In this document: positions 1 to 9,909 of the stretch, in pieces | Layout: every line of letters begins with the position of its first letter | Position numbering within the stretch: position 1 is the stretch's first letter | Origin: Candidatus Latescibacterota bacterium | GTDB taxonomy: Bacteria; Latescibacterota; UBA2968; GCA-2709665 | NCBI GenBank assembly: GCA_963667175.2 | Contig: CAXXXF010000013.1 | Location: forward strand, 32,001 to 96,000 | Reading direction: 5' to 3' | DNA: 64,000 nucleotides | The notes under the pieces: model-generated | Database searches by the model: none | What the model saw: only the letters and a program-made list of their open reading frames with translations | Told to the model about the DNA's origin: nothing | Translations under genes and position numbers: made by a program

Positions 1-225
1 CTCGATATGCGTGAGACCCGCCGGATTCGAAAAGATAGCATCGATATTGTCCGATACGGCCACAAACGCTCCGCCCATACCGGCCATTCGCGCTCCGTGA
101 TCGATCTTCAGAACAGGGAGGACCATCCGCGCCAACCGCCGCTGGTCCTGGGCATCCGCCGCCCGCGGGTAGAGCAGGGCGCAGATCACCGCCGCTGTCA
201 GTCCGATCCACAACGTCCGTTTCAT
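1..225 (-). CDS. PorV/PorQ (UPF0164)-family outer-membrane protein, N-terminal part (runs off window)
   Basis: Manual translation from ATG at 225: MKRTLWIGLTAAVICALLYPRAADAQ...LKIDHGARMAGMGGAFVAVSDNIDAIFSNPAGL. Signal peptide plus the family-typical GARxxGMGGAFVA...NPAGL motif. Not in the supplied ORF track. Confidence 0.75.
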   Translation of the reverse strand, partial: MKRTLWIGLTAAVICALLYPRAADAQDQRRLARMVLPVLKIDHGARMAGMGGAFVAVSDNIDAIFSNPAGLTHIE

Positions 226-284
226 CGCGTCATCTCCTTGAGTTTCAGTATGGACCTGAGCCGAGCAGAAATAGAGATCTGCCC

Positions 285-2561
285 CTACTTGATGATCATC
301 AACGTGCCCCGCTGCGTCCGGCCCGCGCTCCCCGGCATCTGGGATTCGACGATCCAGTAGTAGACGCCGGCGGGCACGTCCCCGCCGCGCGAATGGGGGA
401 TCTGGTCCCATCCGGCTTCGCCCCGGGCGGGGTCGTTGTGTTCAATCAGGGCGGCAAGCTCGCCCGCCACGGTGTAGATTCGGATCGTGCATTTTTGCGG
501 GACATTCGTAAACCGTATCAGACCCGCGGACGGGTAATTGTGGGCGCCGTCCACTTTGTGCGGATTGGGTACGACGATGACGTCCCGCGCCAACTGGTCC
601 GCCGAGGCGTTGGCCGGCACGAAGGGAACGCTGGTCATAACGCCGCCCGCCCACTGCTCGGGCGCGCTGTTGCCGCCCTCCATGGAGGGAATGGCCATCC
701 CGGTACCGTTCCAGTCGTCGTGCCCGGAGTCGTAGGCGGCCACGCGGTAGGTGTACTCGAAACCCGCCACGGACTTCCGGTCCTCAATCTGGTAGACGCC
801 GCCGCTGTAGTACTCCGGGTCCTTCAGCGGAATTTCGGCCATCAGCTTCCAGTCGTCGATTTTATATTCCGAGCGGTAGGCCCGGTAGCCCACGATGTCC
901 TGCGCCTCGGCGCCCGTGTAGTCCGGGTCGGTCGCGTCGTCGCCCGCGTCGGTCCACTTGATCAGGTTGAATCCGTCGACTGAAGCGGTCACCTCAGTCT
1001 TTACGTCAGGCGGGGGATCGGGCAGATCGTAGTTCCACCTGAAGGCGTCGGCGGCGGCCTTGTGGTGTTTGAGCAGGTTGTTCATGGGCTTGTCCGACAA
1101 CATATCTTCCTGTCGGCTCTGCTTGGCCCAACCATAGATATTCTCCTCCACCGGTGCGGCCGCGACCAGGGCGTAGACGATTCTCACCTTGTCACCCGGC
1201 GCCAGGTCGTACGGCCCGTAGGCGAAGGACGCAACGAGCCCGTCTATCGTGGTGGGATTGTCCATGATGAATGGCGCGGGACTCGTCAGTTCGTTGTAGA
1301 TTTGCTCGGAACTCCTGTTCTCGGATCCGGGTTCCGAGAAATCGGTGCGGTCCCGGTAGTCCCACCACTTGACGGTATGAGGCTGGTCGGCCACCCGCGG
1401 CGCGACAAAGCTTGCGTCTCCGCCGGTGTCGAACGTAAAGGTCGAGGCATCGTTGGCCGACCCGGGCGTGTACGCCAGCGGGGCGGCGCCGATGTACTGG
1501 AAGGCCCCCATCTCCCCCTCGATCTTCGTCTGCTTGAGACAGCACTGGTGCCAGCTCGAATGCGCGCGTTCCTCACTATATGGTTTGCCGACGTCGTTTC
1601 CCGGCAGGTCGGGATTCTCCCCGTCGAAGGCGTACCACATCTTGAGCCCCAACGCGTCGCCCGGCCCGTCGAAGTTGGCCGCTTCCGTGTATTTGTACCA
1701 GTCGTCCAGTGCGATCGGAATGGTGCGCCGGAAGAACGAATCCCCCGCATAGTGGGCCTGGCCGCACTGGGAGGCGTAAAAGCGGGTGGAGAAGATCAGA
1801 AACGTATCGTTCAGTTGCAGCCCACCGCCTCCGAGGTCGGCCACGCCGTCGCCGTCGGAGTCTCCGGTATTCTCAAACGTATATTCCAGAATCTGGAAGT
1901 CGTCGAAGTCCGGATAGCTCCATGCGTAAGACTTCTTGGTTACGGTGATGCCGTTCTTCGTCGTCCATTTGCTGACGATAATGCTTTCCGGGAAATTGTC
2001 CTTGTCGGCCTCCATATATTCGCTGTACCGGTAATTGTGGATCTCCACCGGCGAACCGGGCCCCGGCGCGGGCTGCCCCGACCACCAATTGGCCATCACG
2101 GGACCGAGGGGCGACACCTTCCGGTAGCCGATATTGCTCTCCGGCCCCTGCGAAGGATCGTAGGCCATCGGGACCACGTCCTCCGATTCAAGCGTGGCCT
2201 TCGACTCGGAAACGTGGTAATCGCCTCCGACCCGTGTCGCGATGAACTGGTTCCAGCCGGGCATGGTGCCGCACAATTCGTTGTAGTAGACCACCCACTC
2301 GGACCGGACGCCCCAGCGCCGGGTGCCCCAGTAGTCCACGAATTCCTGTGGGAACTGCACCCAGAACCTTCCCGGATAAGACATGCCGACGGGCCGGTAC
2401 CAGCTCATCGGCGTGGCGGCGCGCACGCCCTGTGTGCCCGAGTTCCAGTAGATGTCCCACACCTTCGCACGGGACTGGACCCGGAGTTCCGCATCTCCGG
2501 CGCTCGCGAACACCTGGGTCATGACCAGGAGTGCGATCGCCCGTAACATTTTCTTTTTCAT
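285..2561 (-). CDS. Large secreted protein with C-terminal FlgD-Ig/T9SS-sorting-like domain
   Basis: Likely start MKKKMLRAIALL (2561) with GAGGAGG SD and a signal peptide. C-terminus VIVVPNP...IRFTNVP..CTIRIYTVAGEL...W..VPAGVYYWIVE. Confidence 0.7.
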   Translation of the reverse strand: MKKKMLRAIALLVMTQVFASAGDAELRVQSRAKVWDIYWNSGTQGVRAATPMSWYRPVGMSYPGRFWVQFPQEFVDYWGTRRWGVRSEWVVYYNELCGTMPGWNQFIATRVGGDYHVSESKATLESEDVVPMAYDPSQGPESNIGYRKVSPLGPVMANWWSGQPAPGPGSPVEIHNYRYSEYMEADKDNFPESIIVSKWTTKNGITVTKKSYAWSYPDFDDFQILEYTFENTGDSDGDGVADLGGGGLQLNDTFLIFSTRFYASQCGQAHYAGDSFFRRTIPIALDDWYKYTEAANFDGPGDALGLKMWYAFDGENPDLPGNDVGKPYSEERAHSSWHQCCLKQTKIEGEMGAFQYIGAAPLAYTPGSANDASTFTFDTGGDASFVAPRVADQPHTVKWWDYRDRTDFSEPGSENRSSEQIYNELTSPAPFIMDNPTTIDGLVASFAYGPYDLAPGDKVRIVYALVAAAPVEENIYGWAKQSRQEDMLSDKPMNNLLKHHKAAADAFRWNYDLPDPPPDVKTEVTASVDGFNLIKWTDAGDDATDPDYTGAEAQDIVGYRAYRSEYKIDDWKLMAEIPLKDPEYYSGGVYQIEDRKSVAGFEYTYRVAAYDSGHDDWNGTGMAIPSMEGGNSAPEQWAGGVMTSVPFVPANASADQLARDVIVVPNPHKVDGAHNYPSAGLIRFTNVPQKCTIRIYTVAGELAALIEHNDPARGEAGWDQIPHSRGGDVPAGVYYWIVESQMPGSAGRTQRGTLMIIK

Positions 2562-2626
2562 CACCTTAACCTCCTCAAAAATGCCAACTGGGTTCAGGTT
2601 CTCCACTTCGGGAGGGTTCGCTCACG

Positions 2627-5600
2627 TCAGAAGCTCAACCTGATTCCCACGTGCGTAATCCGGGGATTGCCGATATAGCGGGAGCGGTCTGAAACGTCCC
2701 CGTAATTCAGGTAAGTCGCGTCGTCGGGCCTGGGCTGCTGGAGCCCCCACCACATGTAGTCCGTTCCGGTGATGCCGCTGGCGTCCTGCTGGTTGAACAG
2801 GTTGAACACTTCCACGAACACGTCGGCGTTCACGTCCCCAAAGCGGAAGTGCTTCTGCAGGTTGAGGTCGGCTTCCGTGTGCAAGGGCCGTCTCGCCGGG
2901 GTGTTGGCTCCGGTCAGCTTGATGTAATTGAACTTGCTGCCCGTGTAGATCCGGTAGATCAGGTTGGCGTTGATGCCGCCGAACAGCGTGGCGCCCGCGT
3001 ACTGCGCGCCCGGACCGTAGTCGAGCGGGGACGCGAAGAACATCTGAAGGCTGCCCTGGCTGCGGCGTCCGCGCGTGAAGATATTGCCGGTACTGAACCA
3101 GAGCTTCTGGAACCAGATGCCCTGAAGGTATTGCCTCGCTTCGTCCGTAAGACCCTCGACTTCCCACGCCGGCTGGACCGGACCTGCGCCGCCGCTGGTG
3201 AGAAAGGCATCAACATTCTCCCGGACCTTTTGCAGGTTCTCTTCCGCCTTGTCGCCGAGCGTCTTGATTTCTTCGGCCGTAAGCGGGACCGGTTCCCTTC
3301 GGCCGCCCGCGGCCCGCCATTCCTTGTGATACTTTCCGCTGGCGATGAAACTCCGGTCGGGATAGACCAGGACGCTGGCAACCGACTCGAGGTCGCCCAG
3401 CCAGTGGATGGCTTCCAGCCACTCCAGGTTCATCGCGGCGCGGAACGAGAAATAGTTGCTGAAGCCCTTTCGCATGCTGAACTCGAAACCCTTGACGTCT
3501 TCCGTCCGTTCGGAACCGTACGTGCCCCCGATGGCGCCCGTCCTGCCCGTGACCGGATCGACGGCGTCGTGCCAGATGCCGGTGCTCTGCAGGTGGCCGC
3601 TCTTGTAGAACGCCGCCAGAGAGAAGACATAGTCGCTTACGAAGTTCCAGTCGGTACCCACCTCGAAACTGTTCGTGGGGTGGCCGTGGTCCCAGACCGG
3701 GCTGATGACGTTGGCGCCGTAGCTTTCGTCTTTCGCGTTGAAATGACTCCACGGGACGCCCGGAATCCCCACCGGACCGGAAGCCGTTTCCCAGTGGCTG
3801 CCGAACTGCTGGCGGAAGGACGGGAGCATCATGAACCGGCCGTAGTAGAAGTGCATGCTGGATCTGGCCGTGATGGGGTGCGAGATTCCCAGCCTCGGGC
3901 TCCATCCTTCTATGGTCCGCATGGGTCCCGTGGGCGCCTGGATGAACGTATCCATTGCGTTGTACCACCCCGACGTGAACGACGGCAGCAACTGAACGTC
4001 CTGACCCCACATGCGGTCGTAGCGCAAGCCGACGTTGACGATCAGCCCCTCAAACTCCATTTTGTCCTGGACGTAGGCGCCGAACTGTTTTGGCGTCACG
4101 GCCTCGCCGGGTTCGGGCTGCCCGATGTAACGGATATCCCGTTTCGCGTCGCCGGGCGTCATGCCGGTCCACGTCCACCAGTTCTCGAACGTCATGAACT
4201 CGAAGCCGGTCTTGGCGAAATGGCCCCGCGTCATCTGGCTGGACAGGTCGGCTTTCAGGCCGAAACGGTTCTGCTCGCCCACCTTGAATGCCCAAACGTC
4301 TTCCCGGCCGATGTAGAAATATCCTTCGCTGTCGGTCCTGACGGCCGTGGTTTTGTTCCCCACTCCGCTCGTGTCCGTTCGGCTTCCATAGCGCGATACG
4401 CTCACTTCGTAGAACGTTCTGGGACTGATGGTGTGGGTGATCACGCCGTAGATCATGTTGTCCGTCTGTTTTTCCTCACCTGCGACCGATCCATCGGGAA
4501 TGAAGAGGTCGCGTCCCGGACCCCGGATGACGTTCGGAAAGCTGTACCTGGAGAGGCGGCCGTTGTTGATACCCTCCGAGAAGTCGTACATCCATCCGAT
4601 CCGCAACTTCATGTTCGACCCGGCCGGGACCGTCAGCTTTGCCGTGGTCCTCAGATTTGCCGGCCGGGTGCGCCACGGGCCGGGAAGCACAGCGGCGTCG
4701 CGCAGGTGCCGGGCGCTGGCGAAGAAGGACGACTGCCCGAACAGCGGTCCGCTCAGAAAGCCATCCAGGTAGTGGCCGCGCCAATCTGTATAATTGGTAC
4801 GCGGGTGGACCAGATTTCCCGTCTCCGGGTCCACCTCGGACGTCCACGACGGATCGTTCCACTTCGCGTTTCCACGCAACTCCGGCGCATCGTAGACGTT
4901 CTCGCCCCAGTGCTTCTTACCGGCGGGCGTCATACGATACTCCGCCTCGCCGTGATATTGCGCCCCGCCGTCGCGCGTAACGATCTGGATGACGCCGGCC
5001 TGCGCGTTTCCGTACTCGGCGTTCATCCCGCCCGTGATGACGGAGACCTCCTGCACCGCCTTCAAGTTGACGCCGTACCACTGTCTCTCGCCGCCGTCGC
5101 CCCATCCGCCGCCGATACCGCGCCCGTCTCTGCCGGACACGGGAACGCCGTCCACGTAGACGACGTTGTGGCTTGCCACCCAGCCCCGGATCGCGCCGCT
5201 GCCGTCAACGGCATAGCCCGGCTCCAGCTCCAGGACCTCGGTGACGTTTCTCAGAATGGGCGTTCGCTCGATCTCCTCGGCGGTCACGACGTAACGGCTG
5301 TCCGTCTTGTCGGGATCCACCGGCGGTCTCTCGGCGACCACCACCATTTCTTCCAGTTCCAACTCGGTTTCACGAAGCTGAAAGTCGACCGTCGTCGTGA
5401 AGTCCACCCGTATGCCTACCTGCTCTTTGACCACAGAGTGATACCCCACCATGGATGCAGTCAACTTGTACTGGCCGGGCGTTACGGAGACGATCACGTA
5501 GAATCCGTCCGCGTCGGTCGTTCCACCCAGCCGGATTTCCTCGATTGCGACACTCGCCCCCGGCAGGGGTTCGCCCTTCTCGTCCGTCACGCGACCGACG

Positions 5601-5695
5601 ATCTTGCCGGTTGTCGCGGCCATTATCGCGTCCGCGGCAAAGAACACGGCGAACAGCACGACCACAGCGCCCGTCAAAAATCTGAGCCTGCACAT
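2627..5695 (-). CDS. TonB-dependent receptor with N-terminal carboxypeptidase-regulatory-like domain
   Basis: Signal peptide, GKIVGRVTDEKGEPLPGASV, plug-end motif VITGGMNAEYGNAQAGVIQIVT, QDKMEFEGLIVNVGLRYD, C-terminal Phe (GIRLSF). AAGGAGG SD before ATG 5695. Confidence 0.9.
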   Translation of the reverse strand: MCRLRFLTGAVVVLFAVFFAADAIMAATTGKIVGRVTDEKGEPLPGASVAIEEIRLGGTTDADGFYVIVSVTPGQYKLTASMVGYHSVVKEQVGIRVDFTTTVDFQLRETELELEEMVVVAERPPVDPDKTDSRYVVTAEEIERTPILRNVTEVLELEPGYAVDGSGAIRGWVASHNVVYVDGVPVSGRDGRGIGGGWGDGGERQWYGVNLKAVQEVSVITGGMNAEYGNAQAGVIQIVTRDGGAQYHGEAEYRMTPAGKKHWGENVYDAPELRGNAKWNDPSWTSEVDPETGNLVHPRTNYTDWRGHYLDGFLSGPLFGQSSFFASARHLRDAAVLPGPWRTRPANLRTTAKLTVPAGSNMKLRIGWMYDFSEGINNGRLSRYSFPNVIRGPGRDLFIPDGSVAGEEKQTDNMIYGVITHTISPRTFYEVSVSRYGSRTDTSGVGNKTTAVRTDSEGYFYIGREDVWAFKVGEQNRFGLKADLSSQMTRGHFAKTGFEFMTFENWWTWTGMTPGDAKRDIRYIGQPEPGEAVTPKQFGAYVQDKMEFEGLIVNVGLRYDRMWGQDVQLLPSFTSGWYNAMDTFIQAPTGPMRTIEGWSPRLGISHPITARSSMHFYYGRFMMLPSFRQQFGSHWETASGPVGIPGVPWSHFNAKDESYGANVISPVWDHGHPTNSFEVGTDWNFVSDYVFSLAAFYKSGHLQSTGIWHDAVDPVTGRTGAIGGTYGSERTEDVKGFEFSMRKGFSNYFSFRAAMNLEWLEAIHWLGDLESVASVLVYPDRSFIASGKYHKEWRAAGGRREPVPLTAEEIKTLGDKAEENLQKVRENVDAFLTSGGAGPVQPAWEVEGLTDEARQYLQGIWFQKLWFSTGNIFTRGRRSQGSLQMFFASPLDYGPGAQYAGATLFGGINANLIYRIYTGSKFNYIKLTGANTPARRPLHTEADLNLQKHFRFGDVNADVFVEVFNLFNQQDASGITGTDYMWWGLQQPRPDDATYLNYGDVSDRSRYIGNPRITHVGIRLSF

Positions 5696-5773
5696 GGTTC
5701 CTCCTTTTCGCGGCGTTTGTTTCACTTGCATGACGTTCCAACTGAAGACCAGCGGGCTACCAAGCCTGCCTGG

Positions 5774-6490
5774 TTATTTCTTGAAGTAGAACCGGATGCC
5801 GCCCCGCGCGTTCAGGAATTGCATGGGAAAGGTCTGGCCTTCGAGGCCCCATGCCTCCATCGGCCTCAGCTCGCCGAGCAGCAGATTGTACCGCGCCCGC
5901 ACGTCCAGCGAGATGTTGTCGAACACGAACGCTTCCACGCCAACGCCCACGTTGGCGCCGAGCGCCGTTCTCGTATCGCTGAACGGCTCTATGACGAGCT
6001 CCTTGTCAAGAGGGGCCTCTCGCTGACCCGGAAAGATCAGGCCGCTTACGTCCGTCTTATAGTCGTAGAATCCCGCGCCGACGGTCACGTAGGTGGAATA
6101 CTTCTCCTTGGCCAGGATGCCTCCGCCTCCGCGTCTGACCACCGCGTTCACCAGAAAGCTGCTGATGCGCATCTCGCTCACCGCGTCCGGCGACTTATAG
6201 TCCCTGCCGTCTATGGGCCAGGTAAACGCCCGGTCTTCCAGGGCGCCGTTCTCGAATATGGACCGGTGAAATTCCATCTCCACGCTCGTGCGCGGACTCA
6301 TCACGTAGGTGAACACCACGCCGGCCTGGCCCCGGCCGGTTTCGTACCAGTCCTTCAGCTTGAAGATCGACCGGTTGTAGTCCAGGAACGTGCCGAGTCC
6401 CCAACTGCCGGCCACGCCGCCCCCGTAGACCGTTCCCGCCGAAAGCAGCAGCAACGCCGCAGCGAACCCTACCAATATGCCGTTACGCAT
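5774..6490 (-). CDS. Small outer-membrane beta-barrel protein
   Basis: Start MRNGILV with GGAGG SD, signal peptide, alternating beta-strand pattern, ends GGIRFYFKK. Confidence 0.7.
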   Translation of the reverse strand: MRNGILVGFAAALLLLSAGTVYGGGVAGSWGLGTFLDYNRSIFKLKDWYETGRGQAGVVFTYVMSPRTSVEMEFHRSIFENGALEDRAFTWPIDGRDYKSPDAVSEMRISSFLVNAVVRRGGGGILAKEKYSTYVTVGAGFYDYKTDVSGLIFPGQREAPLDKELVIEPFSDTRTALGANVGVGVEAFVFDNISLDVRARYNLLLGELRPMEAWGLEGQTFPMQFLNARGGIRFYFKK

Positions 6491-6682
6491 ATAAAACCTC
6501 CTCAATAATTCAGATTCCTGGTGCAACGTCCGGACGACCCGGCGCCAAATGCCAAACATACTGCGTGTCCCGTCGAACCATCACCTCCTTCGTGCAATTG
6601 TCTGTCGTGTACGCGCAATGGTTCAGGAAAAGGTGAGAACGGATACCGAATTATTCTCGATCGCAGGATTAGTACGAATCGC

Positions 6683-6711
6683 AATTAATGGACAAGGATC
6701 ATGGTTGTCAA
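6683..6711 (-). promoter_or_regulatory. Putative sigma70 promoter for the barrel/TBDR operon
   Basis: Minus strand TTGACA-17 nt-TTAATT in an AT-rich intergenic region. Confidence 0.45.
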
Positions 6712-6939
6712 GTGCTTTTCATCCGGAATTCAAAAGAATCTAATAACCGTCTCCCGAACGCGCCGACCCCGGTGAGGCGAGCGATGCCGCTCATCCTGAA
6801 AGGAAAGGAAACTGTGTTACAGTAATGTCGCGGTTCGGTCACGAACGGTTAACAGTCCGTTGATAAAGTCGCTCTGCAGGCGAGGCCGAAACTTCGTTCC
6901 CTTCGCTTCCCTGAAGAAATCGAGAGCCGGCTGATGGCT

Positions 6940-7737
6940 TCAACCGTCGATATATCCCTGCAGAAGGCGTGCCGTTTCCGATGCGACCCGCGCGAGGTCA
7001 TGGTCCTTCGAATACGGTTCCAGGACGTTGACGTACCCTTCATATCCGATGGTTTTCAGATTCGATATGAATTGAGGTACGTCAAGATGGTCCTCTTCGC
7101 ACAGGTACACTCTGCGGAACGTCGGGGTGGTCTTCAGGTAATACCGGCGAATGGTCTGCTCGCCCTGGTACAATACGCCGCCCTGTACGTTGACGATGCG
7201 GAGCAGGTCTCTCACCTGTTCCAGGGTGGCCAGGCCGTAGTCCTGTTCGGCCATGTGGATATTCAACGGATCGACGTTCAGCCCGAGGTTCGGGCGGTCG
7301 ACCTTCCCGATGAAATCGCGGGCGCGTAGGATATCCTCGAACATGCTGTTGAAATGACAGGCGATGACCAGCACGATTTCCTGACGCGCCGCCAACTCGC
7401 ACCATTCACGGATCAATTCGATATCCGTTGGATACCCGATCATCAGCTGGTCCAGGCCGACCCTCGGCAGAAAGGCCAGCTTCTTCCTTGTCAGATCCGC
7501 GTCGAACGATGCGGAATCAAGCCTACCCCAGAGCATGCTGCAGCCCAGCCCGTGGTCACCGTAAAGTGCTTCCAACTCTTCGAAGCGTTCTTCCTTGATG
7601 AGGTGATCGATCTGCCCGTCCCTCAAATGCACGCCCTGATAACCAGCCCTGACCGTCAGCTGCAGGAATTCTTCCACCGTCATCGCGTAGGACCGCTTTG
7701 TCGTTTCAATCAGCCTGCCGGACAGGGAGAGTTTCAT
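6940..7737 (-). CDS. Sugar phosphate isomerase/epimerase (xylose-isomerase-like TIM barrel)
   Basis: GYQGVHLR, NLGLNVDPLN and GYEGYVNVLEP motifs. Start approximate. Confidence 0.7.
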   Translation of the reverse strand: MKLSLSGRLIETTKRSYAMTVEEFLQLTVRAGYQGVHLRDGQIDHLIKEERFEELEALYGDHGLGCSMLWGRLDSASFDADLTRKKLAFLPRVGLDQLMIGYPTDIELIREWCELAARQEIVLVIACHFNSMFEDILRARDFIGKVDRPNLGLNVDPLNIHMAEQDYGLATLEQVRDLLRIVNVQGGVLYQGEQTIRRYYLKTTPTFRRVYLCEEDHLDVPQFISNLKTIGYEGYVNVLEPYSKDHDLARVASETARLLQGYIDG

Positions 7738-7762
7738 CAGGATCTCCTGAAAGGTACGGAAT

Positions 7763-8755
7763 TCAAAACGCATTTCTCACGGGGACGGGATTGCCGGTTT
7801 CGATGGACTCCGCGCCGGCGATGCACGTGGCCGCGGATTTCGCGCCGTCCCGCACGTCGATCATGGGTGTTTTGTCGTTCAGGATACAGTCCACGAAATG
7901 CGCCATCTCCTCGGCGAACGTGGGATGTTCGGCGAGAATGGTGATCGGCAGCCGGATGAAATCCTCCAACTCTTCGATTTTGCTGAGATACAGCCTGTCG
8001 TTGATGGCCGTTCCCCTGGTTCCGTAAATGGCCAGGTTCAGCTCGTACGGACGCTGGCAACCGAGAAAGGCGGCCATCTTGCCCATGCAGCCGTTCTCGA
8101 ATCGGAAATTCATCAGGTATGCATCGTCGTGGGGGAATTCCGCGAGCACCTTATGGTTGGATATTGCGAACACCTCCTCGATATCCCCCACGATCCATCG
8201 CAGGAGATCGATGGGGTGGACGCCGCCGCCCATCAGTCCGAAATGCGGATTCCGGTCGTCCACCCACCAGTCCTTGATCCGGTTCCCGATGTTGTGCAGA
8301 TAGTCCGCCTCGGCGTAGAAGGCCTCTCCCAGTTCTCCCTCGTCGTACATGCGCTTGATCGTCTTGCAGATGGGATTGAACCGCGCGCTCTGCCCCACCA
8401 TGAACTTCAACGAAGGTTTCACGTCGGCCGTCCGCACGATCCGCTCGCAGTCCTCCAAAGTGGTTGCCAGGGGTTTTTCGCAGATTACGTGTTTGTCCGC
8501 TTCCAGCGCGGCAACCGCCTGATCGGCGTGCGCGTAGTTGGGGCTGCACAGGGAGATGATATCGATATCGTCGCGTTCCAGCATCGACTCGAAGGTCGGG
8601 GAAAACAGGTCCATGGCGCCCGGAAAGAGATCCAGCCTGCGCACGCTCGGCGCCCAGGCCGCCCGCACGTCGGCATCCGGATGCTCATCGAACGCCGTGA
8701 AGTGTTCCCGGCCCGCGTGTCCGATCCCCACGATTCCCACGCCCAGTTTCTTCAT
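7763..8755 (-). CDS. Gfo/Idh/MocA-family oxidoreductase
   Basis: GIVGIGHAG Rossmann motif, KHVICEKP, GVHPID. Confidence 0.9.
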   Translation of the reverse strand: MKKLGVGIVGIGHAGREHFTAFDEHPDADVRAAWAPSVRRLDLFPGAMDLFSPTFESMLERDDIDIISLCSPNYAHADQAVAALEADKHVICEKPLATTLEDCERIVRTADVKPSLKFMVGQSARFNPICKTIKRMYDEGELGEAFYAEADYLHNIGNRIKDWWVDDRNPHFGLMGGGVHPIDLLRWIVGDIEEVFAISNHKVLAEFPHDDAYLMNFRFENGCMGKMAAFLGCQRPYELNLAIYGTRGTAINDRLYLSKIEELEDFIRLPITILAEHPTFAEEMAHFVDCILNDKTPMIDVRDGAKSAATCIAGAESIETGNPVPVRNAF

Positions 8756-8828
8756 TACAAGACCTCCCCGGCGGGTCCCGCGGTCCGGCAACGGTCCCGC
8801 CGTGATTCTTCCCGTGTCGACGCCCGGG

Positions 8829-9674
8829 TCACCGTTCGACTTCATCCAGCAAAGCCAGAAGATTGGCGCCCTCGATCCGCTTCCGGTTCGCGTCGTTCAG
8901 GAACGGCATCTTGGAAAACAGGTCGTACGTCTGTGGAAACGTCAGCCAGTCGAGGCAGGGTGAATAGTCCGATGCCCAGAGCAACCGCTCGACGCCGTAG
9001 GCATCCAGCAGGGCCTCCACGTAGGGCCACGCCGCGCGGTGCGGATAGTCGTGGCCCGGATCGGTCAGCGCGTAGAAGCCGCTCAGCTTGACCCGCGCCT
9101 GGGGATACCCGGACAGCGCCAGCACGCTGGCCATGGCCTCCCTGGCGCCGGCGGCGTCGGGCGCTTCGGCCTGTTTCGGGGGCAGACCCAGGTGGGAGAC
9201 GACGAGGCGCAACTCCGGATGGCGCGTGAGGACCTCCTGCCAGGCGTTCCAATCGTCCCCCTTTGAATTGACGCTTACGAGCCAGCGCTTCGAAACCAGC
9301 CAGCTCCATACCTCGTCCGATATGCGCAGGAGCGCGTCCACGCGATCCTGTCCGAATATATAGAAGCTCACCCCCACGAATCCGTCTGCCTGCAGTCGCG
9401 TCAACTCCTCCGTCGTCGGGGGCGCCGATGCATCGAAATAGGCCGCGGGATGGACCCAGTCGTACTGTTTCACCATTTGTGTCAGATAGCGGGTATTTTC
9501 CGCGGCCCACGGAACGTCCGCGTACCCGACGATCAGCGCGGCCTCTACCCCGTGGTCTTTCGCCAGCGACGCGTAAACCACGGCTTCGTCGACGGGCCGG
9601 CCAAATCGCTTCATCAAGGAATCCTGATAGCCTCCCTCGAACAGATGGATATGCGCGTCGGCTCGTTCGGACAT
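8829..9674 (-). CDS. Amidohydrolase-family protein (amidohydro_2 type)
   Basis: DAHIH, VVSHLG, VKLSG and LLWASDY motifs. Confidence 0.85.
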   Translation of the reverse strand: MSERADAHIHLFEGGYQDSLMKRFGRPVDEAVVYASLAKDHGVEAALIVGYADVPWAAENTRYLTQMVKQYDWVHPAAYFDASAPPTTEELTRLQADGFVGVSFYIFGQDRVDALLRISDEVWSWLVSKRWLVSVNSKGDDWNAWQEVLTRHPELRLVVSHLGLPPKQAEAPDAAGAREAMASVLALSGYPQARVKLSGFYALTDPGHDYPHRAAWPYVEALLDAYGVERLLWASDYSPCLDWLTFPQTYDLFSKMPFLNDANRKRIEGANLLALLDEVER

Positions 9675-9728
9675 CGATTCCTCCTTGGATTTAGGGGAGA
9701 AACTTTAAGCCTCCTTCAAAAGTCGGGT

Positions 9729-9849
9729 AGACGTTAGACGGGAGACGGGAGAGATTGTCTGCCCCGTGTAGTTTCACTTCTTGCCAGCGGCATTAAGGTA
9801 GAATCAATCGGGCAAGGACGTCATCTACCGTCTCCCGTCTTACGTCTTA
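9729..9849. repeat. Short-period inverted repeat (AGACGGG / CCCGTCT units), followed by a C/T low-complexity tract to ~9900
   Basis: agacgttagacgggagacgggaga ... ccgtctcccgtcttacgtctt in intergenic DNA. Confidence 0.4.
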
Positions 9850-9909
9850 CCGCTTTCAGGTTTTTCTTCTTCCTTCCTCCTTCTTCCTTCTTCCTTTTAT
9901 CTTCTCACG

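Noticed and set aside
2849-6508. 1219-aa plus-strand ORF and many other long plus-strand ORFs (e.g. 1062-2546, 14028-15773, 59068-60609)
   Set aside because: Antisense shadows of motif-bearing minus-strand genes in high-GC DNA; no recognisable domains.
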